Source of the DNA: Trueperaceae bacterium
GTDB lineage: Bacteria > Deinococcota > Deinococci > Deinococcales > Trueperaceae
Reading direction: 5' to 3'
NCBI GenBank assembly: GCA_965213705.1
Contig: OZ243913.1
Coordinates: 1,696,001-1,760,000 of the forward strand
Length of the DNA stretch: 64,000 bases
Shown piece after piece: positions 31,351 to 41,107 of this stretch; position 1 is the stretch's first letter; each line of letters opens with the position of its first letter. Below the pieces are notes generated by a model that made no database searches, was not told the DNA's origin, and saw only the letters and a program-made list of their open reading frames with translations. Both the position numbers and the translations under genes were made by a program.

Positions 31351-32435
31351 GGTTGCCGGCGCTGTGGTTGGTGTTGGGGCTGAGCTTGGCGCTCACGTTC
31401 GTTTTGGCTCAGGAAAACGCGGCGCCCCCGCCGCCGGACAGCCGACAAGAAGCCCTACCCGACTCGGCACCGGCTGAACAGAGCCGAGACGTGCAACAGG
31501 ATACCCAGTCTCAAGACACTCAGTCTCAAGATACCCAATCTCAAGATACCGGGGGTGCGCCTCCGGTCGTGCAGCGCACGGTGCCGGCGGGTGCAGAACC
31601 GCTGAGCAGCCTCACGCTGAAACGCGACGACCGCACCATCTTCGTCAAGCAGTACGCCCCCGGGGCCGAGGGCGGGCAGTTCGTGCTGCGCGCGCCGGAC
31701 TGCAGTGAGGAGGCGACAAAAAACCAGGTGCGAACCAGCACGGTGTACGGCGGCGACGCTTACTTAGTCGAGACCCTTATCAACGAAACCCGCATCACCT
31801 CGCCCGTCGTCCTTCAAAAAAGTCCGCCCAAAGAAGCGGGCGGCAACGACAAGGCCAAGCTCGAGATGCTGGGGGGCAGCTTGAGCGTTAACGACCGGGA
31901 GTGTCCTGAAAACTTCACGCCGGGTGAAGAGCAAGAGGTCAAGCTCGAGCAGGGCCGCACCACGGTGGACGGTTTTCAGGGGGTTTACGACAACGCCACC
32001 GGTATTTTTGAAATGGGGGGCGGCCTCGTCAACTTAAACCGCGTCGCCGAAGGTGACTCGTCCGCGCTCAGCGCAGAAGCGGGCAACCTGAGATACGACG
32101 AAGCCACCGACCAAATCCTGCTCACCGAAAACGTGTCCATCGAATCCGACGGGCGCGTGAGCCAGGCCGACTCGGTCGAGTTCGACGACGCCAACAGCGT
32201 CGCTGTTTTAACGGGCGACCCCGCGACCAGCCGCAAGGGCGACGAATTTTTTCAGGGCAACGTCATCACCTATTACTTGGACAGCAACGACGTGAAAGTG
32301 ACCGGCAACATCCAAGGCGAACTCACCCTCGACCTGGGCGGTGAAGGGGCGACCACTACGGCCGGCGAGGACGGCTCGGCGGATACCCCCGACGAAGAAG
32401 CGCCCCAAACACCCGACCCCAACCCGTCCCAGTAG
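31347..32435 (+). CDS. LptA/OstA-like periplasmic protein
   Basis: Signal peptide; C-terminal AVLTGDPA...GNVITYYLDSNDV..TG OstA pattern; QDTQS repeats. Confidence 0.65.
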   Translation: MRLPALWLVLGLSLALTFVLAQENAAPPPPDSRQEALPDSAPAEQSRDVQQDTQSQDTQSQDTQSQDTGGAPPVVQRTVPAGAEPLSSLTLKRDDRTIFVKQYAPGAEGGQFVLRAPDCSEEATKNQVRTSTVYGGDAYLVETLINETRITSPVVLQKSPPKEAGGNDKAKLEMLGGSLSVNDRECPENFTPGEEQEVKLEQGRTTVDGFQGVYDNATGIFEMGGGLVNLNRVAEGDSSALSAEAGNLRYDEATDQILLTENVSIESDGRVSQADSVEFDDANSVAVLTGDPATSRKGDEFFQGNVITYYLDSNDVKVTGNIQGELTLDLGGEGATTTAGEDGSADTPDEEAPQTPDPNPSQ

Positions 32436-32483
32436 GTTTAAGCAGTAGGTTTGAGCTGTGGGTTTAAGCAGTAGGTTCAAGCT
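32432..32483. repeat. 4 x 13-bp imperfect tandem repeat
   Basis: gtaggtttaagca/gtaggtttgagct/gtgggtttaagca/gtaggttcaagct. Confidence 0.85.
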
Positions 32484-32887
32484 TGGACTTTGGGAAAATC
32501 CAGTACGAGCAGGCCGTCGCGCAGGCTCGCGTGGCTGCGCGCGTAGTCGACTTCGCCGGGCAACTCGACGCTGCGCTGAAAGTGGCCGCTGGCTCGTTCG
32601 TTCAAGATAACGTCGACGCCGTCACCCGAACCGTCACTTGAGGGCTCGTACAGGGGCTCGCGCAGGCCCGCCACGGTAAGGCTGCGGCCCTGCAGGGCGA
32701 TTTCTAAGTTTTCCTGGGTCACGCCGGGCACCTCGACGACCAGCCGGTAGGCGGCCCCCAAGTCCAGCAGCTCGAGCTTGGGACCGGCGTCGGCCTCGGG
32801 CGCGGCGGTGCCCAAGCGCTCTATGTCGTCGCGCAGGGCGAGCAGGTCCCGGATGTCCCGGCTCGAGTCGAACTTCTCTAGCTCCAT
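32477..32887 (-). CDS. Hsp20/alpha-crystallin small heat shock protein
   Basis: VEVPGV, ER..GHFQRSVELP, ASLRDGLLVLDFPK. Confidence 0.88.
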   Translation of the reverse strand: MELEKFDSSRDIRDLLALRDDIERLGTAAPEADAGPKLELLDLGAAYRLVVEVPGVTQENLEIALQGRSLTVAGLREPLYEPSSDGSGDGVDVILNERASGHFQRSVELPGEVDYARSHASLRDGLLVLDFPKVQA

Positions 32888-32927
32888 ACGGGCGAGTCTA
32901 GCACCTTAGGGTGAGGCTTTTGTTACC

Positions 32928-33890
32928 GTGGGCACTGTGAAAAACGCCGAACCCGAAAAGGCTGCGGCGCGTGTTGCGACCCAGACCCCCCGTCGGCGCG
33001 TTCCCGTCCTGGCTGCGCCGACCGCCGCCGGCAAAACCGCCGCCGCCCTGCAACTCGCCGCCGACCTGCCGTTAGAAGTCGTCAGCGCCGACGCGATGAT
33101 GGTCTACCGGGGCCTCGACATCGGCACCGCCAAACCGACCCCGGCCGAGCGGGCGCGGTTGCCGCACCACCTTGTCGACGTGGTCGACCCCGACGAGGCT
33201 TTCAACGTCGCCGACTTCGTGCGACTGGCGGAGGCCGCTGTCAGCGAGGTTTGGCGGCGCGGCAACATCCCTTTCGTCGTCGGCGGCACCGGCTTTTACA
33301 TCCGCGCGCTGAGTGAAGGCTTGCCGACCACGCCGGCGGCTGACAAACAGGTGCAGGCGGCGTTGTGGGCACGGCTCGAGCGCGAAGGCGTGGACGTCTT
33401 GGCGCAAGAGCTGGCCGCTTTCAGCCCCGCGGACGCCGCGCGCGCCGAGCGCAACCCGCGCCGGGTGGTCCGAGCCTTGGAAATCATCAGACGGACCGGC
33501 CGCGCCCCGGCGAGCTTTCCCATGACGAAACCCGCTTTCGAGTACGACAAAACCGTGTTGCTGCCGCCTCTGGACGCGTTGCGCCCGCGCATCGTCCTCC
33601 GCACCGAAATCATGTTCAACCGCGGCCTGGTCGAAGAGGCGGCCTCGTTGCAGCGGCGCTACCCCGCGCAAACCACCGCGCGGCAGGCCATCGGTTACAA
33701 GGAGGCCGGCGCTTACCTGACGGGCGGCCTCACGCTGGACGAGGCCAAGGCGGCGGTGACGCTGGCGACGACGCAGTACGCCAAGCGCCAGCGCACCTGG
33801 TTCCGCAAGGAAACGGGCGCAACCTTTTACGAGACTGTGGCGACGGACGTGTTGGGGGAATTATGGGGGTGGCTCGAGGGCTGGGTTTAG
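32928..33890 (+). CDS. miaA: tRNA dimethylallyltransferase
   Basis: APTAAGKT, SADAMMVYRGLDIGTAKP, VGGTGFY, QAIGYKE, YAKRQRTWF; start may be GTG 32937. Confidence 0.95.
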   Translation: MGTVKNAEPEKAAARVATQTPRRRVPVLAAPTAAGKTAAALQLAADLPLEVVSADAMMVYRGLDIGTAKPTPAERARLPHHLVDVVDPDEAFNVADFVRLAEAAVSEVWRRGNIPFVVGGTGFYIRALSEGLPTTPAADKQVQAALWARLEREGVDVLAQELAAFSPADAARAERNPRRVVRALEIIRRTGRAPASFPMTKPAFEYDKTVLLPPLDALRPRIVLRTEIMFNRGLVEEAASLQRRYPAQTTARQAIGYKEAGAYLTGGLTLDEAKAAVTLATTQYAKRQRTWFRKETGATFYETVATDVLGELWGWLEGWV

Positions 33891-33990
33891 AAAGATTTTT
33901 CCTTGGCTCCGACCTACTAAACTGACGGACACTCTCGTTTCTTTATCCTCGCTACCGCCACGCCCGCCGCTCGAGCGTTAAACTGGCCTT

Positions 33991-35757
33991 ATGTCCTTGA
34001 GCTTTCTCGCGCCGCAGTTTTTGTGGGCGCTGCTGGCTGTTCCGGTGGTCGTGTTGCTGCACTTTATCCGCGCGCGCAAAAAACGCTACGAGGTGTCGGC
34101 GCTGTTTTTGTGGAAGCAGGCCCAGGAACTCGCGGCGGCGCGGCGGCGCTTTAGCCCGAGCGTGTTGCTGCTGCTCCAACTCGCTTTCGTGACGTTGGCC
34201 GCGCTGGCCCTGGCCCAACCGAGTTTGAGCCTGAGCGGCCCGCCCGAGCGGGTGCTGGTTGTCGACGCTTCGGCGAGTATGGCGGCGCGTGACGCGGGCG
34301 GGGTACGTTTGAACGAGGCCGTGGCGGCGGCTAAAACGCTTCTGCGCGGCGCGGGCCGGGTGGCGGTGGTGCGGGCCGGGCTGGGCGCGGCGGTGGTGCA
34401 ACCCCTCACCACGGACTTGGGCGCGGTCGAGCGCGCCCTGGACGGCCTTGTCGCCGCCGACCGCGAGGCCGACCTGGGGCGGGCGCTGTCACTGGCGCTG
34501 GCAATCGCACCCGACGCCGAAGTTCACCTGTTCACCGACGCCGAGCCGCCCCCCAGCAACCGCGCGGCGGTTCACGGCGTCGGCGGCGACGGCCTCAACA
34601 TAGGTATCAGCACGTTCGATATAGGTCTGCAGCAAGCTTTTGTGGCGGTGGTGAGCAACCACCCGCGGCCCCAAGAGGTGGGGCTCGAGCTGGCCCAGGA
34701 CGGCCGCGTCGTCGCGCAGACCACGCTGCTCGTTCCCGCGGCGGGGCAGGCCAACGCGTCGTTTCCGTTGGGCGACGCCACAGGGTTTTTCGAGGCGCGG
34801 CTGTTGGCGCCGGACTGGGATGCACTCGCTTTAGACGACTTGGCTTACGCCGGCAAACGTGATTTGCGAGTGGTCCTCAACCTAGCCGACGAGGCCGTCG
34901 AGCGCGCCCTCAGCGCGATTCCCGACCTCAGCTACCAGGTTCTTCCCAACGCCGCCCCGAACGCCCCCGGCTTCGGGGCACGCGTGTTGACAGGGGTCGC
35001 CCCCGAAAGTTTGGCGGAGGGCAACTACCTCCTTTTCGCCGCGCCCAGCGACGAGCCGGCGTTCAAGACCGTGCGCACCTGGGACCGCAGCGACCCGCTG
35101 CTGCGTTTTGTCGACCTGAGCGGTGCGGTCGTCGGTTTGCCCGCCAACCTGTTCGGCGCCTCGACCGATTCCTCGCCTGGTTCCTCGTCTGGCTCTTCGG
35201 CTGCAACCGTGGCGGCAACCGTACCGCCAGGCTGGCAAGTGTTGGCGCAAACCGGCGACCTGACGCCGGTCATCTTGCGCAAAACGGAACCCGACCTGAA
35301 CGTCGTCGCGGCCAACTTCAACCCGGCCCAAAGCGACCTCGTCAACCGTTCGGCTTTTCCGCTGTTCGTGACCAACGTCGTCAACGGGTTCCGCGACGAA
35401 ACACCGTTGGTGCTGGGCGAACCCTTGCCACCGGGCGCGGCGCTGCTCGTGGGTGAGCGCGAGGTGCCCCGCGCCCAGGCGACGCAGCCGGGGCTCTACA
35501 GACTGGACGGACAGACCTACGCGGCGAGCCTGCTCAGCTCGGCCGAGTCGCGCCTGAGCACCTTTCAAGAGGAAACGGTGGCCCCCGAACCCGAAGAAAC
35601 CTCTCAGCGGGTAAGAAACGCGGCGCTCTGGCTCGTCGCGCTGGCCGCCCTGTTTTTGACGGCCGAGTGGCTGCTGTGGTCGCGCGGGCGGCGCAGACCC
35701 TGGCACTTCGGCCCCTGGCGATTTAAACCTTGGCGGCCCCGCCGGCTGCGCCGCTAG
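33991..35757 (+). CDS. BatA N-terminal + vWA domain membrane protein
   Basis: FLAPQFLWALL..PVVVLLH (BatA), VVDASASM (MIDAS), FTD, C-terminal TM AEWLL. Confidence 0.85.
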   Translation: MSLSFLAPQFLWALLAVPVVVLLHFIRARKKRYEVSALFLWKQAQELAAARRRFSPSVLLLLQLAFVTLAALALAQPSLSLSGPPERVLVVDASASMAARDAGGVRLNEAVAAAKTLLRGAGRVAVVRAGLGAAVVQPLTTDLGAVERALDGLVAADREADLGRALSLALAIAPDAEVHLFTDAEPPPSNRAAVHGVGGDGLNIGISTFDIGLQQAFVAVVSNHPRPQEVGLELAQDGRVVAQTTLLVPAAGQANASFPLGDATGFFEARLLAPDWDALALDDLAYAGKRDLRVVLNLADEAVERALSAIPDLSYQVLPNAAPNAPGFGARVLTGVAPESLAEGNYLLFAAPSDEPAFKTVRTWDRSDPLLRFVDLSGAVVGLPANLFGASTDSSPGSSSGSSAATVAATVPPGWQVLAQTGDLTPVILRKTEPDLNVVAANFNPAQSDLVNRSAFPLFVTNVVNGFRDETPLVLGEPLPPGAALLVGEREVPRAQATQPGLYRLDGQTYAASLLSSAESRLSTFQEETVAPEPEETSQRVRNAALWLVALAALFLTAEWLLWSRGRRRPWHFGPWRFKPWRPRRLRR

Positions 35758-36341
35758 GGGGCTCGAGCCCGAACGTCGAAGGCAACCCGGACCGGGTCGT
35801 CGACTTCAACGCCGAAAAAGCTGGGCCGTTTCATGTCGTAGTCGCTCAGCTTGACCGTGAACGCGCCCGTCGCCGCGTAGGTCGCGCCGCTGCGGCTGAA
35901 GGTGGCCTCCGTCGTCACCTCGCGCCTGACGCCGTGCATCGTCAAGGTGCCGGCAAGGGTAAGCTCGAGCGCTTCGCCGTCACCCAAGCTGTCGCGGGGG
36001 GCTTGCACGTCCGCCAGTTCAAAGGTGATGTCGGGGTACTCACCCGTTTCGAACACGACGCGCCGCGCGTTGGCGTCGCGGATGAAGTTGCCCGAGTCGA
36101 ACTGTCCGGGCTGAACCGTCACGCTGAGTTGCGCCGCGCGCACCTGGTTCGGGTCGAGGCTGAAGGTGAGCCGCGCGACGGGCGCTCGCCCACTCCAACT
36201 GTTTGAAGGGTCCGAGGCCGTGTACTCGACCACGCTGTCCGGTAACAGCTCGAGCTGCGCGACCGCTAGGGTACTCAAAGCCAAAATGCTCAGGGTCAGG
36301 GTGCTCAAGGCCAACAAAACCAGCGTGAATCGTTTTTTCAT
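35754..36341 (-). CDS. YceI family protein
   Basis: Signal peptide from ATG 36341; DSGNFIRD, YPDITF, GTLTMHGV. Confidence 0.85.
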   Translation of the reverse strand: MKKRFTLVLLALSTLTLSILALSTLAVAQLELLPDSVVEYTASDPSNSWSGRAPVARLTFSLDPNQVRAAQLSVTVQPGQFDSGNFIRDANARRVVFETGEYPDITFELADVQAPRDSLGDGEALELTLAGTLTMHGVRREVTTEATFSRSGATYAATGAFTVKLSDYDMKRPSFFGVEVDDPVRVAFDVRARAP

Positions 36342-36616
36342 AGCACCAGTATCGCCTTTGAACGGGCTTTCACACGTCGCGAGTCCTGAACTTACTGTCT
36401 CGCTCGAGAGGTTCACAGCTCGCGTTTTGAGCCCTTTCGGCCTCGCTCGACTCGACTTTAAGGAGGCTCGACGTTCCTGTTTGAAGGCGCTCAAGCAGGA
36501 ACGTCGGCTATCTTGTAGCGGCGCGGCGTCCGCGGAGCGGGGGCCGACCCCCTGAGCCGTCAATCCCGACTGGTTTACTGGTTGTTAATCGGAATCATTC
36601 CGATTAAACTAAGGCT

Positions 36617-37135
36617 ATGAACCCCGACCCCGCTACCCAAACGCCCGCCGACGCCCACGCCAACCCTGCTTTTGTGCTTCAGGTGGTGCAGCCCGCCCTG
36701 CTCGGGCTCATGGACGGCTCGGTCTCGACGCTCGCGCCGCTTTTTGCCGCTGCCGAGTTGACGGGCAACCCGCTTTCCGCCTTTTACGTCGGCATGGCGG
36801 CGGCGCTGGGCGCGGGCATCAGCATGGGTCTTGCCGAGGCCTTGTCGGACGACGGCGCTGTGTCGGGCCGGGGCAACCCCTGGGTGCGCGGCGCGATTAC
36901 CGGCGGCGCGACGATCGTCGGCGGGATGCTCCACACCTTTCCCTTTCTCCTCGGCAACCTGCAGACGGCGCTCTATTTGGCCTACGCCGTCGTCACTGCC
37001 GAACTGCTGGTCATCGCCTACATTCGCTACCACTACATGAAAAGTCCGCTCGGCCGAACCGTCCTGCAGGTCATTGTGGGCGGCGGCATCGTCTTCGGGG
37101 TGGGCCTGCTGCTGGGCCGCTTGGGCACGGGCTGA
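36617..37135 (+). CDS. VIT1/CCC1-like (MbfA C-terminal type) membrane protein
   Basis: [34 protein letters not shown]. Confidence 0.85.
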   Translation: MNPDPATQTPADAHANPAFVLQVVQPALLGLMDGSVSTLAPLFAAAELTGNPLSAFYVGMAAALGAGISMGLAEALSDDGAVSGRGNPWVRGAITGGATIVGGMLHTFPFLLGNLQTALYLAYAVVTAELLVIAYIRYHYMKSPLGRTVLQVIVGGGIVFGVGLLLGRLGTG

Positions 37136-37255
37136 TACGGATTCCGATACTACAGCTCGTAAACCTTGTAAGAGTCTTTCGCTTCCTTACCGGAATCCGT
37201 ATTTTATTCTCGTCTGCTCGCGCTTGATTCTAAAAGAATTAACGGAAAGGTATGA
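37133..37255. repeat. Deinococcus-type small non-coding repeat (MITE-like)
   Basis: tgATACGGATTCCG at the left end, perfect inverse CGGAATCCGTAT at 37191-37202, degenerate right end cggaaaggtatga. Confidence 0.65.
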
Positions 37256-37386
37256 GGTGCTTCTCGAGCGCCCCTGAAAAACCTTTGACAGGAACTTAAC
37301 CGGTTTAACCCGTACTCGTTTTCGTTCGGGTTGACTCGCTCTCGCAAGTCCACTGCGAACCTACTCAGGAAACACTCAAACGCAGT

Positions 37387-38397
37387 TTAGGTAGAAGGCA
37401 AAAGCTCGAGCCCCTTCAACGCCTCTATGTCCTTAGCCCCCGAACAGTGCATGGCGACTTTAAGTTCCCAAACGAGCTGTTCCAAAACTTCCGTCACGGC
37501 CTCGGCGGAACGTGTGGCGGGCTCGAGCAGCGGTTTGGCGACCGCGACCACCTCTGCGCCCAAAACCAGCGCTTTGGCAATGTCTACGCCCGAGCGAACA
37601 CCGCCCGAGGCGACGAGGGGCGTCTCAGGCAGTGCCGCGCGCACCTCCTGCAGGGCGGTCGCGGTGGGAATGCCCCACTCGGCCAACTCGGCGGAGCGCA
37701 CCCGGCCGTAGTTCACAAACTCCTCGACCTTCGCCCAGGAGGTGCCGCCCGCGCCCGCCACGTCTAGTGCGGCGAAGCTGACACCCGCGACGCTTTTCGC
37801 CACCGCCGCGCTCAAGCCGTGGCCGACCTCTTTGAGCAGGACGGGATAAGGAACTTGGGGGACAAGGGTCTCGAGCTTGGGCACGAGATTCGCAAAGTTC
37901 GTGTCGCCGTTTTGTTGTAGGGCTTCTTGCAGCGGGTTCGTGTGCAGCGCCAGCGCGTCCGCGCCGATAGTTTCTACCGCCCGCCGCAACTCGGTTACCC
38001 CGTAGCCCTTGTTCAGTTGAGCTACGCCCAGGTTGCCGACGAGGAGCGCGCTCGGGGCGTAGGGCCGCACCTTGAAAGAGGCGGCGGCCTCGGGATGCTC
38101 GAGCATGACGCGCTGCGAGCCGAGCATCATCCCCACGCCCAAAGTTTCGGCGGCCGTCGCGAGGTGGCGGTTGATGGCGGCCGACAGTTCCGCGCCGCCG
38201 GTCATCGCGCCGATGAGTATCGGGGCGTTTAAGCGTTTGCTTAGAAAGGTGGTGCTCGTGTCGACGCGCCGCAGGTCGCTTTCGGGCAAAGCCTGATAGG
38301 GCAGGTCGAAGCGCTCGAAGCCGGTCGTGCGCGTGCTGTACTCGACCCCGTAACGCAGGCACACGTCGACGTGTTTGAGTTTGCGCTCGGTCAGCAT
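37387..38397 (-). CDS. fni: Type 2 isopentenyl-diphosphate isomerase
   Basis: RKLKH, AMTGG, GSQR, NPLQE, KEVGHG, GAGGTSW, SGGVRSG. Confidence 0.95.
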   Translation of the reverse strand: MLTERKLKHVDVCLRYGVEYSTRTTGFERFDLPYQALPESDLRRVDTSTTFLSKRLNAPILIGAMTGGAELSAAINRHLATAAETLGVGMMLGSQRVMLEHPEAAASFKVRPYAPSALLVGNLGVAQLNKGYGVTELRRAVETIGADALALHTNPLQEALQQNGDTNFANLVPKLETLVPQVPYPVLLKEVGHGLSAAVAKSVAGVSFAALDVAGAGGTSWAKVEEFVNYGRVRSAELAEWGIPTATALQEVRAALPETPLVASGGVRSGVDIAKALVLGAEVVAVAKPLLEPATRSAEAVTEVLEQLVWELKVAMHCSGAKDIEALKGLELLPST

Positions 38398-38484
38398 GTC
38401 GTCAGCATAGCTGAGAGCATACCGCGCTCGAGTCTTTTGGTTTCATAAAACTAGAAACCTTTGTACAAGGTCGGCTTCAACCGC

Positions 38485-38560
38485 GTCATCCTAAAGGGTA
38501 GCGAAGAACCCCGCGAGGGTGAGCTGCGAAGATTCGTCGCTGCGCTTCGTCCAGGATGGC
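38485..38560. repeat. Degenerate REP-like palindrome
   Basis: gtcatcct...agcgaagaac ... gattcgtcgctgcgc...caggatggc resembles the GTCATCCTGAGCG..CAGGATGAC family. Confidence 0.55.
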
Positions 38561-38598
38561 AAGGGACGTAGTCGACCAAGCAACCCTGTCGGGTGGCT

Positions 38599-40305
38599 TC
38601 AGTCGTGCGAGGCGGCTCCGTAGACTGCGGCGGGGTCGCTCGGCAAGGGGACGTGGTCGGGCCCCTCGAGCCGTTTTGCCAGCAGCGCCTTGAGGTCGTC
38701 CAAGCCTGCGCCGCTCAGCGCCGACACGCCCAGCGCGCCGTAACGCTCCGCCAAGCCCGCCAGTACCGTTTCGTGCGCGACGTCCGCTTTGTTGATGACC
38801 ACCAGGCGCTCGACTTTGAGGTCGAGGTCGTCCAGAATGCGCTCGACCGCGTCTACTCGGTCGGGCGCGCCGGGCGTGGCCCCGTCGACGACGTGCAGCA
38901 GCAGGTCGGCGTCGTGGAGTTCTTCCAGCGTGGCCCGAAAAGCGTTGACGAGTTCGTCGGGCAGGTCGCGGATAAAGCCGACCGTGTCGGTATAGAGCAC
39001 CTTTTCACCCCACTGTCCTAACGCGGGCAGCCAACCCTCCCGCGTCGTCGGGCGCAGCGTGGCGAAGAGTTTGTTCGCGCTCTGCGCGTCGGCCTTGGCG
39101 AGCGCGTTGAAGAGCGTGGACTTGCCCGCGTTGGTGTAGCCGACCAAGGCGATGACGGGCGTGCTCGACCCCGTGCGCGTCTTGCGCGTCTCGGCGCGGC
39201 GCGCGCTGATTTCGTCGACCTCTTTTTCCAGGGCCGTGAGGCGTTCGCGGATGCGGCGGCGGTCGAGTTCGAGCTTCGTCTCGCCGGGGCCGCGCGTGCC
39301 TATGCCGCCGCCCAAGCGGCTCAGCGCGGTGCCGCGCCCGGCCAGACGCGGCAACTGGTAGTGCAACTGCGCCAATTCGACTTGCACTTTGGCCTCGCGC
39401 CCGCGGGCGTTCTGCGCAAAAATGTCCAAGATGAGCTGGGTGCGGTCGATGGTTTTGAGGTTCGTTTCCGCTTCGATTTCGCGCGCCTGCGCCGGGTTGA
39501 GTTCGCGGTCGAAAATCAGCAGGTCGGCGTCCTCGTGGTAGGCTTTTGAGACGAGTTCTTGCAGTTTGCCGCGGCCAATCAGGGTGCGCGGGTCGGGGCT
39601 CGGGCGCTGCTGGCGGCTCGTGTAGACGACGCTCGCCCCGGCGGTGCGGGCGAGTTCGGCCAACTCGTCCAGCCGCGACTCGGCCTCGAGCGCTCCCTGA
39701 CCCGTGTCCAGCCCGATGAGTACGGCGCGCTCGCTGCTGCTGCGCTTGACCTCACGCGCTTGGCTGCTGCGCACCAACTCTTCTTCCAGCGCGCGGATGC
39801 GTTCCAACATCGGCACGTTTTCCAGCGCCGCCATGCTCATGGGCGCTTCGATGATCCAGTCTTCTTCTTGCGCGCTCACCGGCGCAATCATCGCTAAGTG
39901 TGCGCTTTCCAACACCACGCTGCCGCGCTCGTTCTCGAACAGGTCGACGGCTAAAATCGCGTCGAGCCGGTTCAAAAACAGTTTGGACAGGTCGGCGCTC
40001 GAGAGCCCGCCTTTTTTGAGGTGCGTGTGAACCAGCCGCAACCCGTAAAGCCGCGACTCGGCCTCGCCGTAGAGCGGCGGCAGCGGCGTGTCCGCGGCGT
40101 CGCCGACGGCGACCGTCGTCACCCGGCCACGCCGGTCTATCAGCACCGAGACGGGCGAGTTGACTTCCAGGCTCAGTTCACCCAGCGCCCGCAGCAGGTC
40201 GGCGGTCGCGGGCATGTCGGGCGGAACTTTACGGCGGTAGAGGTTGCTGAGGCTTTTGACCTGGCTTTTTTTGAGACCGCTGAGTTTACCGTGAACTTTT
40301 TCGAT
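38599..40305 (-). CDS. hflX: GTPase HflX (long N-terminal form); probable ATC start
   Basis: GYTNAGKST, LFATL, DTVGFI, NKAD; frame stays open 30 codons upstream of ATG 40215 to an ATC that follows AAAGGAG. Confidence 0.9.
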   Translation of the reverse strand: MEKVHGKLSGLKKSQVKSLSNLYRRKVPPDMPATADLLRALGELSLEVNSPVSVLIDRRGRVTTVAVGDAADTPLPPLYGEAESRLYGLRLVHTHLKKGGLSSADLSKLFLNRLDAILAVDLFENERGSVVLESAHLAMIAPVSAQEEDWIIEAPMSMAALENVPMLERIRALEEELVRSSQAREVKRSSSERAVLIGLDTGQGALEAESRLDELAELARTAGASVVYTSRQQRPSPDPRTLIGRGKLQELVSKAYHEDADLLIFDRELNPAQAREIEAETNLKTIDRTQLILDIFAQNARGREAKVQVELAQLHYQLPRLAGRGTALSRLGGGIGTRGPGETKLELDRRRIRERLTALEKEVDEISARRAETRKTRTGSSTPVIALVGYTNAGKSTLFNALAKADAQSANKLFATLRPTTREGWLPALGQWGEKVLYTDTVGFIRDLPDELVNAFRATLEELHDADLLLHVVDGATPGAPDRVDAVERILDDLDLKVERLVVINKADVAHETVLAGLAERYGALGVSALSGAGLDDLKALLAKRLEGPDHVPLPSDPAAVYGAASHD

Positions 40306-40630
40306 AGGGAACGCTCCTTTTCGCCGGCACTGGTCTGAGCGGCGTGGCGTGAATACACAGACGAATTTTGAGGTATGAACAAGCCGGTGCCGCGCTTCGC
40401 AACTAGGCCCTCGAGGGGCCGCGCTGAGAGGCGCAACGGGTTTGGTTTGGGTCTGTCAAGGTCATACCAGTGTAGGGGGTTTCAGATGAAAAGGATGTAA
40501 GCCTTGTCCCAAAACGAGAAACGGCGGGAAATGGCGCAGGACAAACCCGGCCCTTTGTCTCTCGACGTTCTCTCGGCACAAGGGGAAGAGTTCACGTCGC
40601 GCCGCGCGCGGCCCTTGTTAGACTGCGCCC

Positions 40631-41083
40631 ATGCGACGGCTTTTGCGGCGTTTCGGCTTGGCGGCTTGTCTGGTGAGTTTGGCCGCCTGTGCGCCCCGCT
40701 CCCGAGCGGACTACAGTTTGCTCACCACTTCGGACGGCGGGGCGAGCTTTTCGACACTTATCGCCCCCTTTTACCGTGACTTAGCCGTGCTGGACGTGCG
40801 GGTGGACGTTTACGACAGTTTTCGCTACGACGGGCAGGACCCACACGTGCAAGACCGCGTAGTGGACAACTTTCAGGCCAAGTACCAGGCCGAAGACAAA
40901 GGCTTTTGCGAACTTCGCAACCGCTACCGCAGCCCGGACGGCCGACACGTCATGGTGTTGGCGTCGAACGACAGCTTGGACGTTCGCGGCGTCGTCTACG
41001 ACTTGTCGCGGCACCCGCGGCTGGTTTACGCTTACTTTGAAGGCCGCGTGTTCAGCCCACTGCCAACCAAGCGCTGTCGCTGA
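40631..41083 (+). CDS. Hypothetical lipoprotein
   Basis: Lipobox LAAC; TAGACT 6 nt before the ATG. Confidence 0.65.
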   Translation: MRRLLRRFGLAACLVSLAACAPRSRADYSLLTTSDGGASFSTLIAPFYRDLAVLDVRVDVYDSFRYDGQDPHVQDRVVDNFQAKYQAEDKGFCELRNRYRSPDGRHVMVLASNDSLDVRGVVYDLSRHPRLVYAYFEGRVFSPLPTKRCR

Positions 41084-41107
41084 CGAGGAAATTAGGAACA
41101 GGGGAGA

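Noticed and set aside
32888..32927. CIRCE/HAIR operator upstream of hsp20
   Set aside because: Only a TAGCAC partial half-site; no matching second arm
37280..37340. TTGACA plus TTAACCGGTTTAA operator-like site
   Set aside because: Lies between convergent genes with no properly spaced -10 or downstream ORF
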